From an uncultured Candidatus Saccharibacteria bacterium (lineage in GTDB: Bacteria; Patescibacteriota; Minisyncoccia; Phycocordibacterales; UBA9973), in NCBI GenBank assembly GCA_964606285.1, contig CAZSFP010000003.1, forward strand, positions 84,967 to 148,966: DNA of 64,000 bases, in the 5' to 3' direction. The position numbers were made by a program, and so were the translations under genes. The notes beneath the pieces were generated by a model. It searched no databases and was not told the DNA's origin. It saw nothing but the letters and a program-made list of their open reading frames with translations. The first letter of the stretch is position 1. Each line of letters opens with the position of its first letter. This document shows positions 1 through 9,492 of the stretch, in pieces.

Positions 1-107
1 AGAGTGTCGATTATCGCAGTAATGATGCCATCGACAACCTGATCTGCTTGAACTTTTGTGCCACCGATTTGTTGGTGAACGAGTTCAGCGAGTGCTTGTT
101 TGTTCAT
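1..107 (-). CDS. hup: DNA-binding protein HU (N-terminal part; runs off window)
   Basis: Reverse translation from ATG (rc at 105-107) gives MNKQALAELVHQQIGGTKVQADQVVDGIITAIIDTL, a typical HU/IHF N-terminus. Confidence 0.7.
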   Translation of the reverse strand, partial: MNKQALAELVHQQIGGTKVQADQVVDGIITAIIDT

Positions 108-320
108 GAATAGTACTATTTAAACTAGTAATGCGATCCGAGTGGATCGTTCGCTTTTCTCCTCGAGGAGAGGTGCTTACGCAGGGTATGCTTAAGCTAC
201 AGGCATTATATACCAATGACTTTTCAAGAGCAAAGTATTGACAGGGGATAAAAAGAGTTGGGTTTGTTGACAGATTTTGTGAATCATATAGTATGAACGC
301 AAATCGTTATTTAATATCTT

Positions 321-1121
321 ATGAATACATATCCATATTCTCTTGATGATTTCAATATCAGCGCACTGTCTCAAATAGTAGATTTGCCAAAAGATTTTGT
401 AAAAAAAGAACTTTTAAGCGCCTTGATGATTCATGAACTTCGATATAAAAGACAGTCTTTCATCCGTGGAAAATATGCATTTCATGCTGCATATACTCAT
501 TACAAAACAATTGATATATATGAAAATCCTTTGACTGCCGCACGGTTTCTCGTGTCGCTTGCACGGAAAACAAACAAGCCCTTTCAGGCCGAAGAATTAT
601 TTTATGAAATATGTTTGTTGCGACTGATATATGACATCGGCACAAAGAGTTATCATGATTTTGACCATGCGTTTGACAGATATCCGCGGGCAGGGGTTTC
701 TGGGCAGGCATTGTCTTTGGATGCAAAAAAACAACTCGAGAAACATCTTGACTCTGCGGAGTTGTGGATGATTCGGACATTAACAAATGAAGTTAAAGCA
801 ATTCATACTTGGAAAATAATGTACGGTATTTTTGTTAAAAAAGATTATGATAAGACAAGAGATTATGTTTTATTAATGGATCATTGTGATGCACCGTTAT
901 GGATGAAAACAAGGATAACAAAAGCATATACTGATGCCTTGGCGATACACAACAAGCCATCCATAGTAGATTTTTTTTATGACGAATTGAGCGAAAATAA
1001 AAAAACTCTTTCATTTACAGGAAAGATAGCGCTGCTTTCATGTGCTGAAAAACATGCATTCAGACAAAAGTCTGTGCCGAGTCCTGTCAAAGAATCGGTG
1101 ACACATGTGCCACATGATTGA
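321..1121 (+). CDS. hypothetical protein (266 aa)
   Basis: Long ORF in AT-rich DNA; terminator hairpin downstream; no recognisable motifs. Confidence 0.55.
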   Translation: MNTYPYSLDDFNISALSQIVDLPKDFVKKELLSALMIHELRYKRQSFIRGKYAFHAAYTHYKTIDIYENPLTAARFLVSLARKTNKPFQAEELFYEICLLRLIYDIGTKSYHDFDHAFDRYPRAGVSGQALSLDAKKQLEKHLDSAELWMIRTLTNEVKAIHTWKIMYGIFVKKDYDKTRDYVLLMDHCDAPLWMKTRITKAYTDALAIHNKPSIVDFFYDELSENKKTLSFTGKIALLSCAEKHAFRQKSVPSPVKESVTHVPHD

Positions 1122-1136
1122 TATGATTCCTGAAAA

Positions 1137-1170
1137 CAAAAATTCCCCTTATATTAGGGGAATTTTATTT
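1137..1170 (+). terminator. intrinsic terminator
   Basis: AAAATTCCCCTT-loop-GGGGAATTTTATTTT hairpin plus T-run after stop of 321..1121. Confidence 0.5.
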
Positions 1171-1183
1171 TGGAAAAATGAAT

Positions 1184-1212
1184 TTGACAACCGGTATTGC
1201 AAATAGTAATGT
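1184..1212 (+). promoter_or_regulatory. sigma70-like promoter
   Basis: TTGACA (1184-1189), 17-nt spacer, TAATGT (1207-1212); 35 nt upstream of ATG 1248. Confidence 0.4.
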
Positions 1213-1247
1213 GAAGAAAAATTATAGCATTCAAAAACCCAATTATA

Positions 1248-1676
1248 ATGGCAAAAAAGAAACTTTCTTTTTCTAAAATTTTTGACTACGAAAAAGCAAA
1301 AATAGATGCTTTAAAAAACTTTAAAAATTCAGTAATACAATTTCGCAAAGAACTTATCTTGATATTGACTTCTAAGCACAACATAATACTGCCCGCCGCA
1401 GTAAATGTATCAGCAAATGCGGTTGAAAAAACAAAAAATGAAGGTTTTGAATTTACTCTCACTTCAATTTCAACAAAACTTCATTGCGTTGTGTTTCCGA
1501 GTGGCAAAGTTTCATTTAGGCTTTTTAAAGAAATAGAAGGGAAGCCTGATGAAGAATGTCCAACTATTTCAAGGTTTAAACTGGTAACGGTATCAAGGGT
1601 GAAAAAGTATTCAGGGCAAATAAGGTTCAGTGAATTACTTGGTTCAATTGCAAGGGATATCAAGTCTAAAGAATAG
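1248..1676 (+). CDS. hypothetical protein (142 aa)
   Basis: ORF with upstream promoter-like motif and downstream terminator. Confidence 0.5.
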   Translation: MAKKKLSFSKIFDYEKAKIDALKNFKNSVIQFRKELILILTSKHNIILPAAVNVSANAVEKTKNEGFEFTLTSISTKLHCVVFPSGKVSFRLFKEIEGKPDEECPTISRFKLVTVSRVKKYSGQIRFSELLGSIARDIKSKE

Positions 1677-1688
1677 AGTTATAAACTA

Positions 1689-1720
1689 AAAATCGCAACT
1701 ATACAGCTGCGATTTTTTTA
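1689..1720. terminator. bidirectional intrinsic terminator
   Basis: AATCGCA-loop-TGCGATT hairpin with A-run 5' and T-run 3'; lies between convergent gene ends (1676 + and 1737 -). Confidence 0.55.
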
Positions 1721-1736
1721 TTGCCATCAAAATCTA

Positions 1737-3263
1737 CTACCGGGCGTATTCAATAATTCTATTCTCTCGAATAAGTGTTACTTTGATTTCTCCTGGGTAT
1801 CGAAGCTCGGATTCGATATGGTCTGCGATGGATCGGGCGAGATGGTGTGCTTCTATGTCAGTTACTTTGTCAGGGGAGACAAAGACACGGATTTCACGGC
1901 CGGCTTGGATGGCGTATGTCTTGTCGATGCCATCAAATGCGTTGACGAGGGATTCGAGTTCAGCGAGGCGTTTCAAATAGTTTTCAACTGTATCACTGCG
2001 AGCACCTGGGCGACCACCGGAGATATAGTCGGATGTCTGAACGATGACGGCTTCGATTGTTTCGTGCGGACAATCATCGTGGTGCGATTTCATCGCAGTG
2101 ATGATACGTGGGTCAGCACCGAATTTCTGAAGGATACGCATGCCAATATCGATGTGGGTACCTTGGACTTCATGATCGAGCGCTTTGCCGATATCGTGAA
2201 CGAGTGCACCTGCTTTGGCAATAGCAACATCACCACCGAGTTCTTCGGCAAGCATGCCAGCAATGTGGGCAACTTCGATTGAGTGTTGAAGAACGTTTTG
2301 TCCGTAACTGGTTCGGAAATGGAGGCGGCCGAGAACCGCAACGATACGTGGATCGAGGTTGTAGATACCGCATTCGTACACTGCCGCACTACCTTTTTCT
2401 TTGATGATGGCACTGATGTCTTCTTTTGCTTGTGCAAGCATCTCTTCGATCTTTGCTGGCTGGATGCGGCCATCTGCGATGAGACGCTCGAGGGCGATGC
2501 GTGCAGTGTGTCGGCGGATCGGATCAAATGAAGAGACAACGATTGCATTTGGTGTGTCATCGATGACGAGTTCGACACCGGCAATGCGTTCAAAAGTCTT
2601 GATGTTGCGGCCTTCTTTGCCGATGATTTTGCCTTTGATTTCGTCTGATGGAAGAATAACAGTTGTTGTCGTAAGTTCTGCGGCAGTGGATGTTGCGAGG
2701 CGGTTGACCGCACTGGCAAGAATCGTCTTTGCGCGACGGTTAATGAACTCCGTATTGCCAGTTTCTAATTTTTGCATACGAATAAGCAGGTCAGATGCAT
2801 ATCGTTCCTCGATCGTTTTGAGGAGCATGTCACGGGCATCTGCTTCGGTAAGACCGGCGATTTGTTCCAATTCTTTTTCTTTTGATGCTTCCAATGCTTC
2901 GGCGCGGGTACGGATTTCTTTGATTTCTTCTATTTGGCGTTTGATGGCATCGGCATCACGATCGATGTCGCGTTGACGGTCATCGAGTAAAGATTCTTTT
3001 TTAATAAGGCGTTCTTCGGTTTTCTTTTGTTCATGTTCGCGGATTTTTGCTTCTTCTTTTGCTTCAGTAATCAGAAATTCTGCTTTTTCTCGGGCTTCAT
3101 CGGTGATGTTCGTCGCTTCTTCGCGTGCGTGCATCATCATCTGCTTGATGTCGATCTCAATCGATCGGCGCTGCGCAAGGGCAATCACTCGTCGCAAAAA
3201 GTAGCCGACGAGCCCGCCGAGGAGCAGTCCTCCGGCGGTAAACAATATGATTATAAGGTTCAT
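1737..3263 (-). CDS. rny: ribonuclease Y
   Basis: N-terminal TM segment, coiled-coil region, KH domain (GKIIGKEGRNIKTFE) and HD domain (HHDDCPHETIEAVIV...); 508 aa. Confidence 0.9.
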   Translation of the reverse strand: MNLIIILFTAGGLLLGGLVGYFLRRVIALAQRRSIEIDIKQMMMHAREEATNITDEAREKAEFLITEAKEEAKIREHEQKKTEERLIKKESLLDDRQRDIDRDADAIKRQIEEIKEIRTRAEALEASKEKELEQIAGLTEADARDMLLKTIEERYASDLLIRMQKLETGNTEFINRRAKTILASAVNRLATSTAAELTTTTVILPSDEIKGKIIGKEGRNIKTFERIAGVELVIDDTPNAIVVSSFDPIRRHTARIALERLIADGRIQPAKIEEMLAQAKEDISAIIKEKGSAAVYECGIYNLDPRIVAVLGRLHFRTSYGQNVLQHSIEVAHIAGMLAEELGGDVAIAKAGALVHDIGKALDHEVQGTHIDIGMRILQKFGADPRIITAMKSHHDDCPHETIEAVIVQTSDYISGGRPGARSDTVENYLKRLAELESLVNAFDGIDKTYAIQAGREIRVFVSPDKVTDIEAHHLARSIADHIESELRYPGEIKVTLIRENRIIEYAR

Positions 3264-3386
3264 GGGGTTTCAGTTAAAATTCGTAAATGGTGATCGTGAC
3301 TATCGTATCTTTAAAATAGCATATAAAATTTTTATTGTAAAATTTACTTGTTTTATTGTCTTTTAAAAAAACGGTATAATGGACAT

Positions 3387-4064
3387 ATGAAAACAAAAAT
3401 TATAACAGCAGGGTTGGTAGGAATCGTTATTTTGGTGGGGGTCTTTCTGTACGTCACTCGTCCAGTCAGTGCGCCGACAGAAGATATTCAAAATGATGTT
3501 GCGGCAGTCCCACAAACAGACGATACGACAGAAAAAGAAATGAGCATTGTCCAAAGTGAGTCAAAAGCTGAATTTTCATTGAGTGAAGTATTGCGTGGAA
3601 CACCAACGAAAGTTGTCGGAACAACAAATCAGATTGCTGGAAATATGACAATCAAAAGTTCAGCACCAGCAAAGATCACAATAGGTGAAGTCAAAGTGAA
3701 TGCACGAACACTGAAGACTGATAATGAACAGCGAAACGGCGCGATCGCCCGCCTCATCCTCAAATCCGAAGATCCTGCGTATGAATATATTACGTTCACA
3801 TCGACGGCTGTCACCGGCGTTCCAAACGAGATCAAAACAAACGTTTCATTCCCATTTTCTGTGACAGGCGATCTCACAATCCACGGCATGACAAAATCAA
3901 TCACCTTTACCGCGCAGGGAACACTTCGAGCTGATGGATCATTCGCAGCAACCGCTGAACATATCGTCACCTATGCAGACTTCGGCATCTCTGTTCCAAA
4001 TCTCCCATTCCTCGCCAATGTCGATAAAACAGCAAAACTCTCTGTTTCTATAGTTGCGAGATAA
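3387..4064 (+). CDS. YceI-like periplasmic polyisoprenoid-binding protein
   Basis: N-terminal TM/signal (MKTKIITAGLVGIVILVGVFLYV) and YceI-type beta-barrel C-terminus (TFTSTAVTG...DLTIHGMTKSITF...). Confidence 0.65.
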   Translation: MKTKIITAGLVGIVILVGVFLYVTRPVSAPTEDIQNDVAAVPQTDDTTEKEMSIVQSESKAEFSLSEVLRGTPTKVVGTTNQIAGNMTIKSSAPAKITIGEVKVNARTLKTDNEQRNGAIARLILKSEDPAYEYITFTSTAVTGVPNEIKTNVSFPFSVTGDLTIHGMTKSITFTAQGTLRADGSFAATAEHIVTYADFGISVPNLPFLANVDKTAKLSVSIVAR

Positions 4065-4082
4065 AAATCTTGGGCTGTATTA

Positions 4083-4123
4083 GTAAAACCACATATACGC
4101 CATGGCGTATATGTGGTTTTACT
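4083..4123 (+). terminator. intrinsic terminator (perfect 20-bp stem)
   Basis: GTAAAACCACATATACGCCAT / ATGGCGTATATGTGGTTTTAC perfect inverted repeat directly after the stop codon. Confidence 0.6.
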
Positions 4124-4205
4124 ATGTGAATGTTGAATGTGTATTATTTGACAAAAATATTATAAATGATATTATACAAAAAATATCGTTTTTTAAACAT
4201 AAACA

Positions 4206-4568
4206 ATGAAAAGAAAAATAACAGACAAAACTGCTGGCTTAACAAGTCTTTTTCCTCCTCGTATTATATATACACTTTCTGACAGAGAAATGACCACTGA
4301 TCAGATAATTAGAGAAATGCTTAATCAAAAAGCTACAAGAACGTTTACTTTATCTTCACTTAAGGAAGTACTGAAACGTTTCAATGACAAGATTCAAAAT
4401 TTTGATGAATTTGCATTCTTAGCCAGACACATTGCTGGAGGTGGGCATGTCTTGGTAAAAGTCGTTTACAAGAAATTAAAGAGAGATGAAGAGTTTGTCA
4501 TTACTGAAATAAAGTATAACGATTCAAAATGGCCAAAAGGAACCTTTATTGCTTATGCATACGATTAG
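4206..4568 (+). CDS. hypothetical protein (120 aa)
   Basis: ORF followed by AAAAATCCC..GGGGGATTTTTT terminator. Confidence 0.45.
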   Translation: MKRKITDKTAGLTSLFPPRIIYTLSDREMTTDQIIREMLNQKATRTFTLSSLKEVLKRFNDKIQNFDEFAFLARHIAGGGHVLVKVVYKKLKRDEEFVITEIKYNDSKWPKGTFIAYAYD

Positions 4569-4573
4569 AAATA

Positions 4574-4604
4574 AAAAAATCCCTCAATAATCGGGGGATT
4601 TTTT
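4574..4604. terminator. intrinsic terminator (AAAATCCC-GGGATTTT family)
   Basis: AAAAAATCCCTCAATAATCGGGGGATTTTTT. Confidence 0.5.
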
Positions 4605-4639
4605 ACTAAGCACTAAAGACTATCGACTAAAGACTGAAT
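4605..4639. repeat. heptanucleotide-periodic tract (ACTANNN x5)
   Basis: ACTAAGC ACTAAAG ACTATCG ACTAAAG ACTGAAT between terminator and clpP stop. Confidence 0.45.
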
Positions 4640-4640
4640 T

Positions 4641-5231
4641 CTACTTGCTGCTTTTTGATTTCGTAATGATTTCATCAACGATACCGTATTTTTTCGCTTC
4701 TTCCGCACTCATCCAACTATCGCGTTCGACATCGGACTCGATCTTTGAAAGCTTTTGTCCGGTGTTTTTTGCGAATATGTCATTTAACTGTGCACGAAGT
4801 TTAACGATATGTTTTGCAGAGATTTCGATATCGGAAGCTTGCCCTTCGGCACCGCCAGATGGTTGATGAATCATTACTTCAGCATTTGGAAGGACAAAAC
4901 GTTTGCCTTTTTGACCACCCGCAAGAAGGAAAGCCCCCATAGATGCTGCCATCCCGATACAGATAGTTGAGACATCTGGTTTGATGAACTGCATGGTGTC
5001 ATAGATCGCAAGTCCGGCAGAGATGGATCCACCTGGAGAGTTGATGTAGAGCTTGATGTCCGCTTTCGGATCTTCATTTGCAAGGAAGATGAGCTGAGCG
5101 ATGACAATGTTTGCCATATGATCATCGATCGGACCGCCGAGGAAAATGATACGGTCACGAAGGAGGCGTGAGTAGATGTCATATGCGCGTTCGCCCATTG
5201 GGGATTTTTCGATAACGGTTGGGATTAACAT
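4641..5231 (-). CDS. clpP: ATP-dependent Clp protease proteolytic subunit
   Basis: Full-length ClpP: ...[45 protein letters not shown]...MIHQPSGG... Ser-His catalytic context. Confidence 0.95.
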   Translation of the reverse strand: MLIPTVIEKSPMGERAYDIYSRLLRDRIIFLGGPIDDHMANIVIAQLIFLANEDPKADIKLYINSPGGSISAGLAIYDTMQFIKPDVSTICIGMAASMGAFLLAGGQKGKRFVLPNAEVMIHQPSGGAEGQASDIEISAKHIVKLRAQLNDIFAKNTGQKLSKIESDVERDSWMSAEEAKKYGIVDEIITKSKSSK

Positions 5232-5281
5232 AAGTGTAAATAATTTAAAGTAATAATTGGTTGAATGTTTATTTTACCATA

Positions 5282-6325
5282 TTAGCGGCTCTCCAAAAAT
5301 GCAAAGACCTTTTCGTTGGCGAGCATCATTGCTGCGTACGCTTGGAGACGCATTGGGTCAGCTGATGCATACATTTCACTTAATTTCTTTACTTCAGTAT
5401 CTATTTCTTCTTGAGTTGGTTCAAGTTTTTCATTTTCTGCAATTTTTTGAATCGCGAGTTGGAGCATGACGCGCTTGCGGGCATCAGTTTCCCATTCTTT
5501 TTTCAAATCATCTTTGGTTTTTTGGATATGTGTCAGATAATCGTCAAATTTCATGCCCATGCGTTCGATGTCTGTCGTCATAGTGTGAAGCATTTTGTCG
5601 AGCTCGGCATCGATGAGGAGAGCAGGGACATCAGCAGATGTTTCTGCAATTATTTTTTCAACGATTGCAATGCGGTGTTTTTCATGATGACTTTTTTCTT
5701 TGTCTTCATTCATATTTTTTCGCATTTTTTCTGTAAAGTCGGCAACGTCTTTGAAATCACCGAGTGTCTGTACAAATGCGTCATCGAGTTCCGGCATCGG
5801 TGCATCATGATCATGAGATGGCTCCTCTCCCTCTTTGTCATTTTCTTTGTGGTGTTTCATGTGGCGGACGCGTTCAATCGCTTTTTCCATTTCTTCGTCA
5901 GTAACAGCTTCGACAGTGCCTTTGTTTTTGTTTTCTTCTTTGGCGATTTTTTTGTAGTCGGGGAGTGTGACTTCGGGGATAACTGCGGTTGTGATTTTGA
6001 AACCGAGTGGATTGCTGGCTGCAAGTTTTGTAATCATGACTTGTGGTTGACCGATCGCGTCGATTTTATTTTCTTTCATGATTGCGGGATATATTTCAGC
6101 GATCGCATATTCTGCCATTTCTTGGAGAATAGCATCCGGAGTGACATTTTTTTCTACCATATCGATCGGCGCTTTTCCTTTGCGGAATCCCGGAATTTCT
6201 ATTTGGGCAGCGATATATTCGATCGCTTTCGGACGATATGCTTCAAATGATGCACTATCCAATTCGCCCGCTAATTCGACGAGTCCGTGTGGTTGTTTTG
6301 TGATTGTTACTGCTGGTGTTTTCAT
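5282..6325 (-). CDS. tig: trigger factor (short form, no obvious PPIase domain)
   Basis: N-terminal ribosome-binding signature IPGFRKGKAP; located directly upstream of clpP (tig-clpP synteny). 347 aa is shorter than the canonical ~430. Confidence 0.75.
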   Translation of the reverse strand: MKTPAVTITKQPHGLVELAGELDSASFEAYRPKAIEYIAAQIEIPGFRKGKAPIDMVEKNVTPDAILQEMAEYAIAEIYPAIMKENKIDAIGQPQVMITKLAASNPLGFKITTAVIPEVTLPDYKKIAKEENKNKGTVEAVTDEEMEKAIERVRHMKHHKENDKEGEEPSHDHDAPMPELDDAFVQTLGDFKDVADFTEKMRKNMNEDKEKSHHEKHRIAIVEKIIAETSADVPALLIDAELDKMLHTMTTDIERMGMKFDDYLTHIQKTKDDLKKEWETDARKRVMLQLAIQKIAENEKLEPTQEEIDTEVKKLSEMYASADPMRLQAYAAMMLANEKVFAFLESR

Positions 6326-6362
6326 GTGTGGTTTACTTATTTTTATCGTGCCAGTCTAGCAT

Positions 6363-6392
6363 AAACCCCCTGTTTTTGAAACAGGGGGTTTA
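6363..6392 (-). terminator. intrinsic terminator
   Basis: AAACCCCCTGTTTTTGAAACAGGGGGTTT hairpin just 3' of minus-strand gene ending at 6409. Confidence 0.5.
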
Positions 6393-6408
6393 TGGATTTT
6401 TGTTTTGA

Positions 6409-6831
6409 TTAAAAGAAGGTTTTGAAGAATCCTTTTATTTTTTCGAATGTCGATTTTTGAGCTGGGGCTGCCATTGTTGCCGTTGGTGCTTTCTTGTCTT
6501 TTTTGAGTTCGAGGCGCATGTTCTCGCGCTCGTTCTTTTGTTTGAGGCGGAATTCATCGCGTTTCTTTTTGATGATGTTGTCTTCCTCATTTACGATGAT
6601 CTCTGTATCAGTGCCGACTGTCTCATCTGTTTTACTATCTTCGTTGACACTGTCTTTTTTGTCGTCAGTTAGAGTTTTTGAAACATCTGTAGATTGTTCG
6701 TCGATTGAAATAACGACACTGTCAGCAAGCGCGTCGACTGGAGGAGTGGTATTTTCCGGGATAAGTGTTGCCCCGGCGAGGACTGGAACAGCTGCAAAGC
6801 CGGCAACAAGTAAAATAAGATATTTTTTCAT
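6409..6831 (-). CDS. secreted/lipo-like hypothetical protein
   Basis: Signal peptide MKKYLILLVAGFAAVPVLAGA followed by acidic, lysine-rich low-complexity region. Confidence 0.5.
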   Translation of the reverse strand: MKKYLILLVAGFAAVPVLAGATLIPENTTPPVDALADSVVISIDEQSTDVSKTLTDDKKDSVNEDSKTDETVGTDTEIIVNEEDNIIKKKRDEFRLKQKNERENMRLELKKDKKAPTATMAAPAQKSTFEKIKGFFKTFF

Positions 6832-6864
6832 ACGGGAGTATACTACCATAGAAACAGAAAAAAG

Positions 6865-6894
6865 AAAACCCTGATTTAAACAAATCAGGGTTTT
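6865..6894 (-). terminator. intrinsic terminator
   Basis: AAAACCCTGATTTAAACAAATCAGGGTTTT after ppa stop. Confidence 0.5.
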
Positions 6895-6911
6895 CTCCTT
6901 TAAAAATAAGG

Positions 6912-7499
6912 TTATTTTGCAAGTTTTGGAGCGTACTCTTTTTGGTATCTCTCAGCGCACTCTTTGATTATCTGAGCGGCTTCGTCTTTGCCAAAAAATC
7001 CCAATACTTTGCAGGTTCCTGGCTTTTTGAGGTCTTTATAGTGCTCAAAATAGTGTTCAGTCTCTTTTTGCCAGTGATCACCGAGATCTTTGTAGGTATC
7101 GATGTGATCCATTCGTTTGTCATCGGCGAGGACAGTGATGACTTTGTCATCACGCTCACCGCCGTCTTCGAATTTCATGATACCGATGACGCGCACTTCA
7201 GCGAGAGATCCTGGTACCAATGGTTCAGTGACATTTGCAATGATGAAATCAAGCATGTCATTGTCCTGATCCCATGTCTGCGGAATAAGTCCGTAGGCGA
7301 CAGGGTAGGTCAGTGATGAATATCCGACACGATCGAGTTTGAGTTGTCCGGATTCGGTGATGAATTCGTATTTGTTGATTGAGTTGGTGTTGATCTCAAC
7401 AAGTCCGTGAACGATACCTTTCGCTTCATCAGCGTATGGTGTGAGGACGTGCAACAAGTTGAGCATGTATTTTGATGGTTCGTGATTGATGTTTGCCAT
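6912..7499 (-). CDS. ppa: inorganic pyrophosphatase (family I)
   Basis: Family-I PPase motifs: ...DNDMLDFIIANVTEPLVPGS...KFEDGGERDDKVI... Confidence 0.9.
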   Translation of the reverse strand: MANINHEPSKYMLNLLHVLTPYADEAKGIVHGLVEINTNSINKYEFITESGQLKLDRVGYSSLTYPVAYGLIPQTWDQDNDMLDFIIANVTEPLVPGSLAEVRVIGIMKFEDGGERDDKVITVLADDKRMDHIDTYKDLGDHWQKETEHYFEHYKDLKKPGTCKVLGFFGKDEAAQIIKECAERYQKEYAPKLAK

Positions 7500-7534
7500 A
7501 GAACAGGTAAAAGGTTAGAGAGATAAGGTTATAG

Positions 7535-8833
7535 TTATTTTCCAGCTTCTTCTGTTTCTTCAACGGCTTCTGCAGGAGCTTCTGTTGCTATTGATTCTTC
7601 TACTACTTCAACTGGGTCAGCGTCTTTTTCTTCTGTTGATTCTTCGGTTACATCTTTTTTCAAATCTGCGAGAGAAACGAAACCGTCTTCTTCTTTGTTT
7701 TCATCAGATGAAATCATATCACTTGAACTGACGCCTTTGATATCGATTCTCCAGCCAGTCAATTTTGCGGCGAGGCGAACGTTTTGTCCTGCTTTACCAA
7801 TGGCGAGTGAGAGCTGGTCATCCGCGACATCGACGCGTGCGGTTTTTTGTTCCGCATCAATGACGATATCGAGAACCTTTGCAGGAGAGAGTGCCTTGGC
7901 GACAAACGTACTTGGGTCTTCTGACCACTCGATGATATCGATTTTTTCACCACCGAGTTCGCTCATGACAGTCGTAACACGGATACCTTTCTGACCGACA
8001 CAGGATCCGACTGGATCGATGTTTGGGTCTGTTGTTGCAACCGCGATTTTTGATCGAGCGCCTGCTTCGCGGGCGATGGATTTGATTTCGACGACACCAC
8101 TGGCAACTTCCGGTGCTTCCATTTCAAATAATTTCTTGATCATTTGTGGATGGGTACGAGAAAGTCGAAGAGTAACGCCACGTGGACCTTCTTCGACATC
8201 ATAGAGATATGCGCGAATACGTTCACCACGATGAAAGATCTCACCGCGAATTTGTTCTTGTGGGAGAATGATGCCGGTTGCACGGTTGAATTCAACAGTG
8301 ATGATGCCGCGCTCCATTTTTTGGACGATACCGCTGATAATTTCGCCTTCACGTGTACCGAATTCATCGAGCACTGCTGCTTTTTCTGCATCACGGATTT
8401 TTTGAATGATAACTTGTTTTGCGGTCTGCGCTGCGACACGACCGAAATCTTCTTTGAGTTCAAGAGGAAAGATGAGTTCGTCTTCTATCTGTGCATCACG
8501 TTTGATGATATGTGCATCTTCGAGGAGAATATGATGTTCTGGATTGAATCGAGTTCGTTCATCGCCTTCAGGACGGATTTCCTCTTCTTCGCTTTCTGTA
8601 TCTTTCGGCATATAGACGGTCGATTCATCCACGACGATTTTCACCTGGTAAAACTCTGTTTCCCCAGTGTCCATGTTGAAGTGGGCACGAACGATCTGGC
8701 CTTTCTTGCCGTAATCCTTTTTGTAGGCAGCGGCAAGGGCTTGTTCGATGGCTTCTATAATTTTTTCTTTTGGAATCTTGCGTTCTGTCTCGAGTTGTTC
8801 GAGCGCAAGCTTCATTGTTTTAAGGTCTAACAT
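7535..8833 (-). CDS. nusA: transcription termination/antitermination factor NusA
   Basis: NusA N-terminal domain, S1 and KH domains, acidic C-terminal tail; 432 aa. Confidence 0.9.
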   Translation of the reverse strand: MLDLKTMKLALEQLETERKIPKEKIIEAIEQALAAAYKKDYGKKGQIVRAHFNMDTGETEFYQVKIVVDESTVYMPKDTESEEEEIRPEGDERTRFNPEHHILLEDAHIIKRDAQIEDELIFPLELKEDFGRVAAQTAKQVIIQKIRDAEKAAVLDEFGTREGEIISGIVQKMERGIITVEFNRATGIILPQEQIRGEIFHRGERIRAYLYDVEEGPRGVTLRLSRTHPQMIKKLFEMEAPEVASGVVEIKSIAREAGARSKIAVATTDPNIDPVGSCVGQKGIRVTTVMSELGGEKIDIIEWSEDPSTFVAKALSPAKVLDIVIDAEQKTARVDVADDQLSLAIGKAGQNVRLAAKLTGWRIDIKGVSSSDMISSDENKEEDGFVSLADLKKDVTEESTEEKDADPVEVVEESIATEAPAEAVEETEEAGK

Positions 8834-8900
8834 ACTAGTAAGTAGTACGTAGTGAGTAGCAAGTAGTTATATACAATACTACACAATACATACGTTATAT
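8834..8900. repeat. heptanucleotide-periodic tract (AGTAGNN / ATACNNN)
   Basis: CTAGTA AGTAGTA CGTAGTG AGTAGCA AGTAGTT ATATACA ATACTAC ACAATAC immediately upstream of nusA start. Confidence 0.35.
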
Positions 8901-8910
8901 TAAATTGTTT

Positions 8911-9003
8911 GTAAAAATGGTCCGCCCAAAGGGCGGACCAACACACGGACAATATACCATATCTTTTCAAAAAACAAAATCCCCCATTGGGTGGGGGATT
9001 TTG
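8911..9003 (-). terminator. tandem intrinsic terminators (two hairpins)
   Basis: TGGTCCGCCC-AAA-GGGCGGACCA (8918-8940) and AAAATCCCCCATTGGGTGGGGGATTTT (8977-9003) 3' of minus gene ending 9030. Confidence 0.5.
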
Positions 9004-9029
9004 CCGATTGAGACAAAGATTGTTCTGTA

Positions 9030-9440
9030 TTAAAGCACAACTTCCATATTTTGTTCACTTGGTGATTTGTCACCACAAGCTGTTCGGGAAGCATGGAATG
9101 TATTCCATGCTGCACGACGAGCTGCTTGATGTTCTTGTTTGGCTGATTTGATTGACGTGCTGTATGTTCGCCATGCAGATTTGATAGAATCTCGGCGAGT
9201 TTTGCCGGACATATCCCATGATGCTTTCAATGCATCTTTTCGGATTGTGAGAGCTGTTCGAACCTTGCCACTAAAAGTATCGAGTCCGGTCATGATGGAA
9301 GTGTCACGAACTTCGATCGCAGATTTCATACATTCTGCATTGATCGTTGCTTCGGTTGGCGGTACCGGAGAGAGCGCAAATACCGGAGCGCTAGTAAAAA
9401 GAAAACTTAACAAAACAATACTTGAAGATATAAATTTCAT
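9030..9440 (-). CDS. secreted hypothetical protein (136 aa)
   Basis: Signal peptide MKFISSSIVLLSFLFTSAPVFA; chosen over the antisense ORF 9139..9444. Confidence 0.5.
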   Translation of the reverse strand: MKFISSSIVLLSFLFTSAPVFALSPVPPTEATINAECMKSAIEVRDTSIMTGLDTFSGKVRTALTIRKDALKASWDMSGKTRRDSIKSAWRTYSTSIKSAKQEHQAARRAAWNTFHASRTACGDKSPSEQNMEVVL

Positions 9441-9492
9441 ATGATTTGTTTTTATTTCGTATTATTGCGGACGACTCCGCAGAGCTATATTG

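Noticed and set aside
2090-2976. ORFs 2090..2719 (-) and 2401..2976 (+) inside rny
   Set aside because: They overlap the strongly supported RNase Y gene in other frames. S/R-rich junk composition.
5411-6250. 279-aa plus-strand ORF
   Set aside because: It is antisense to trigger factor and extremely Phe/Cys-rich low-complexity sequence, the typical antisense artefact of K/E-rich coding DNA.
8144-8830. 228-aa plus-strand ORF
   Set aside because: Antisense to nusA; Phe-rich; no motifs.
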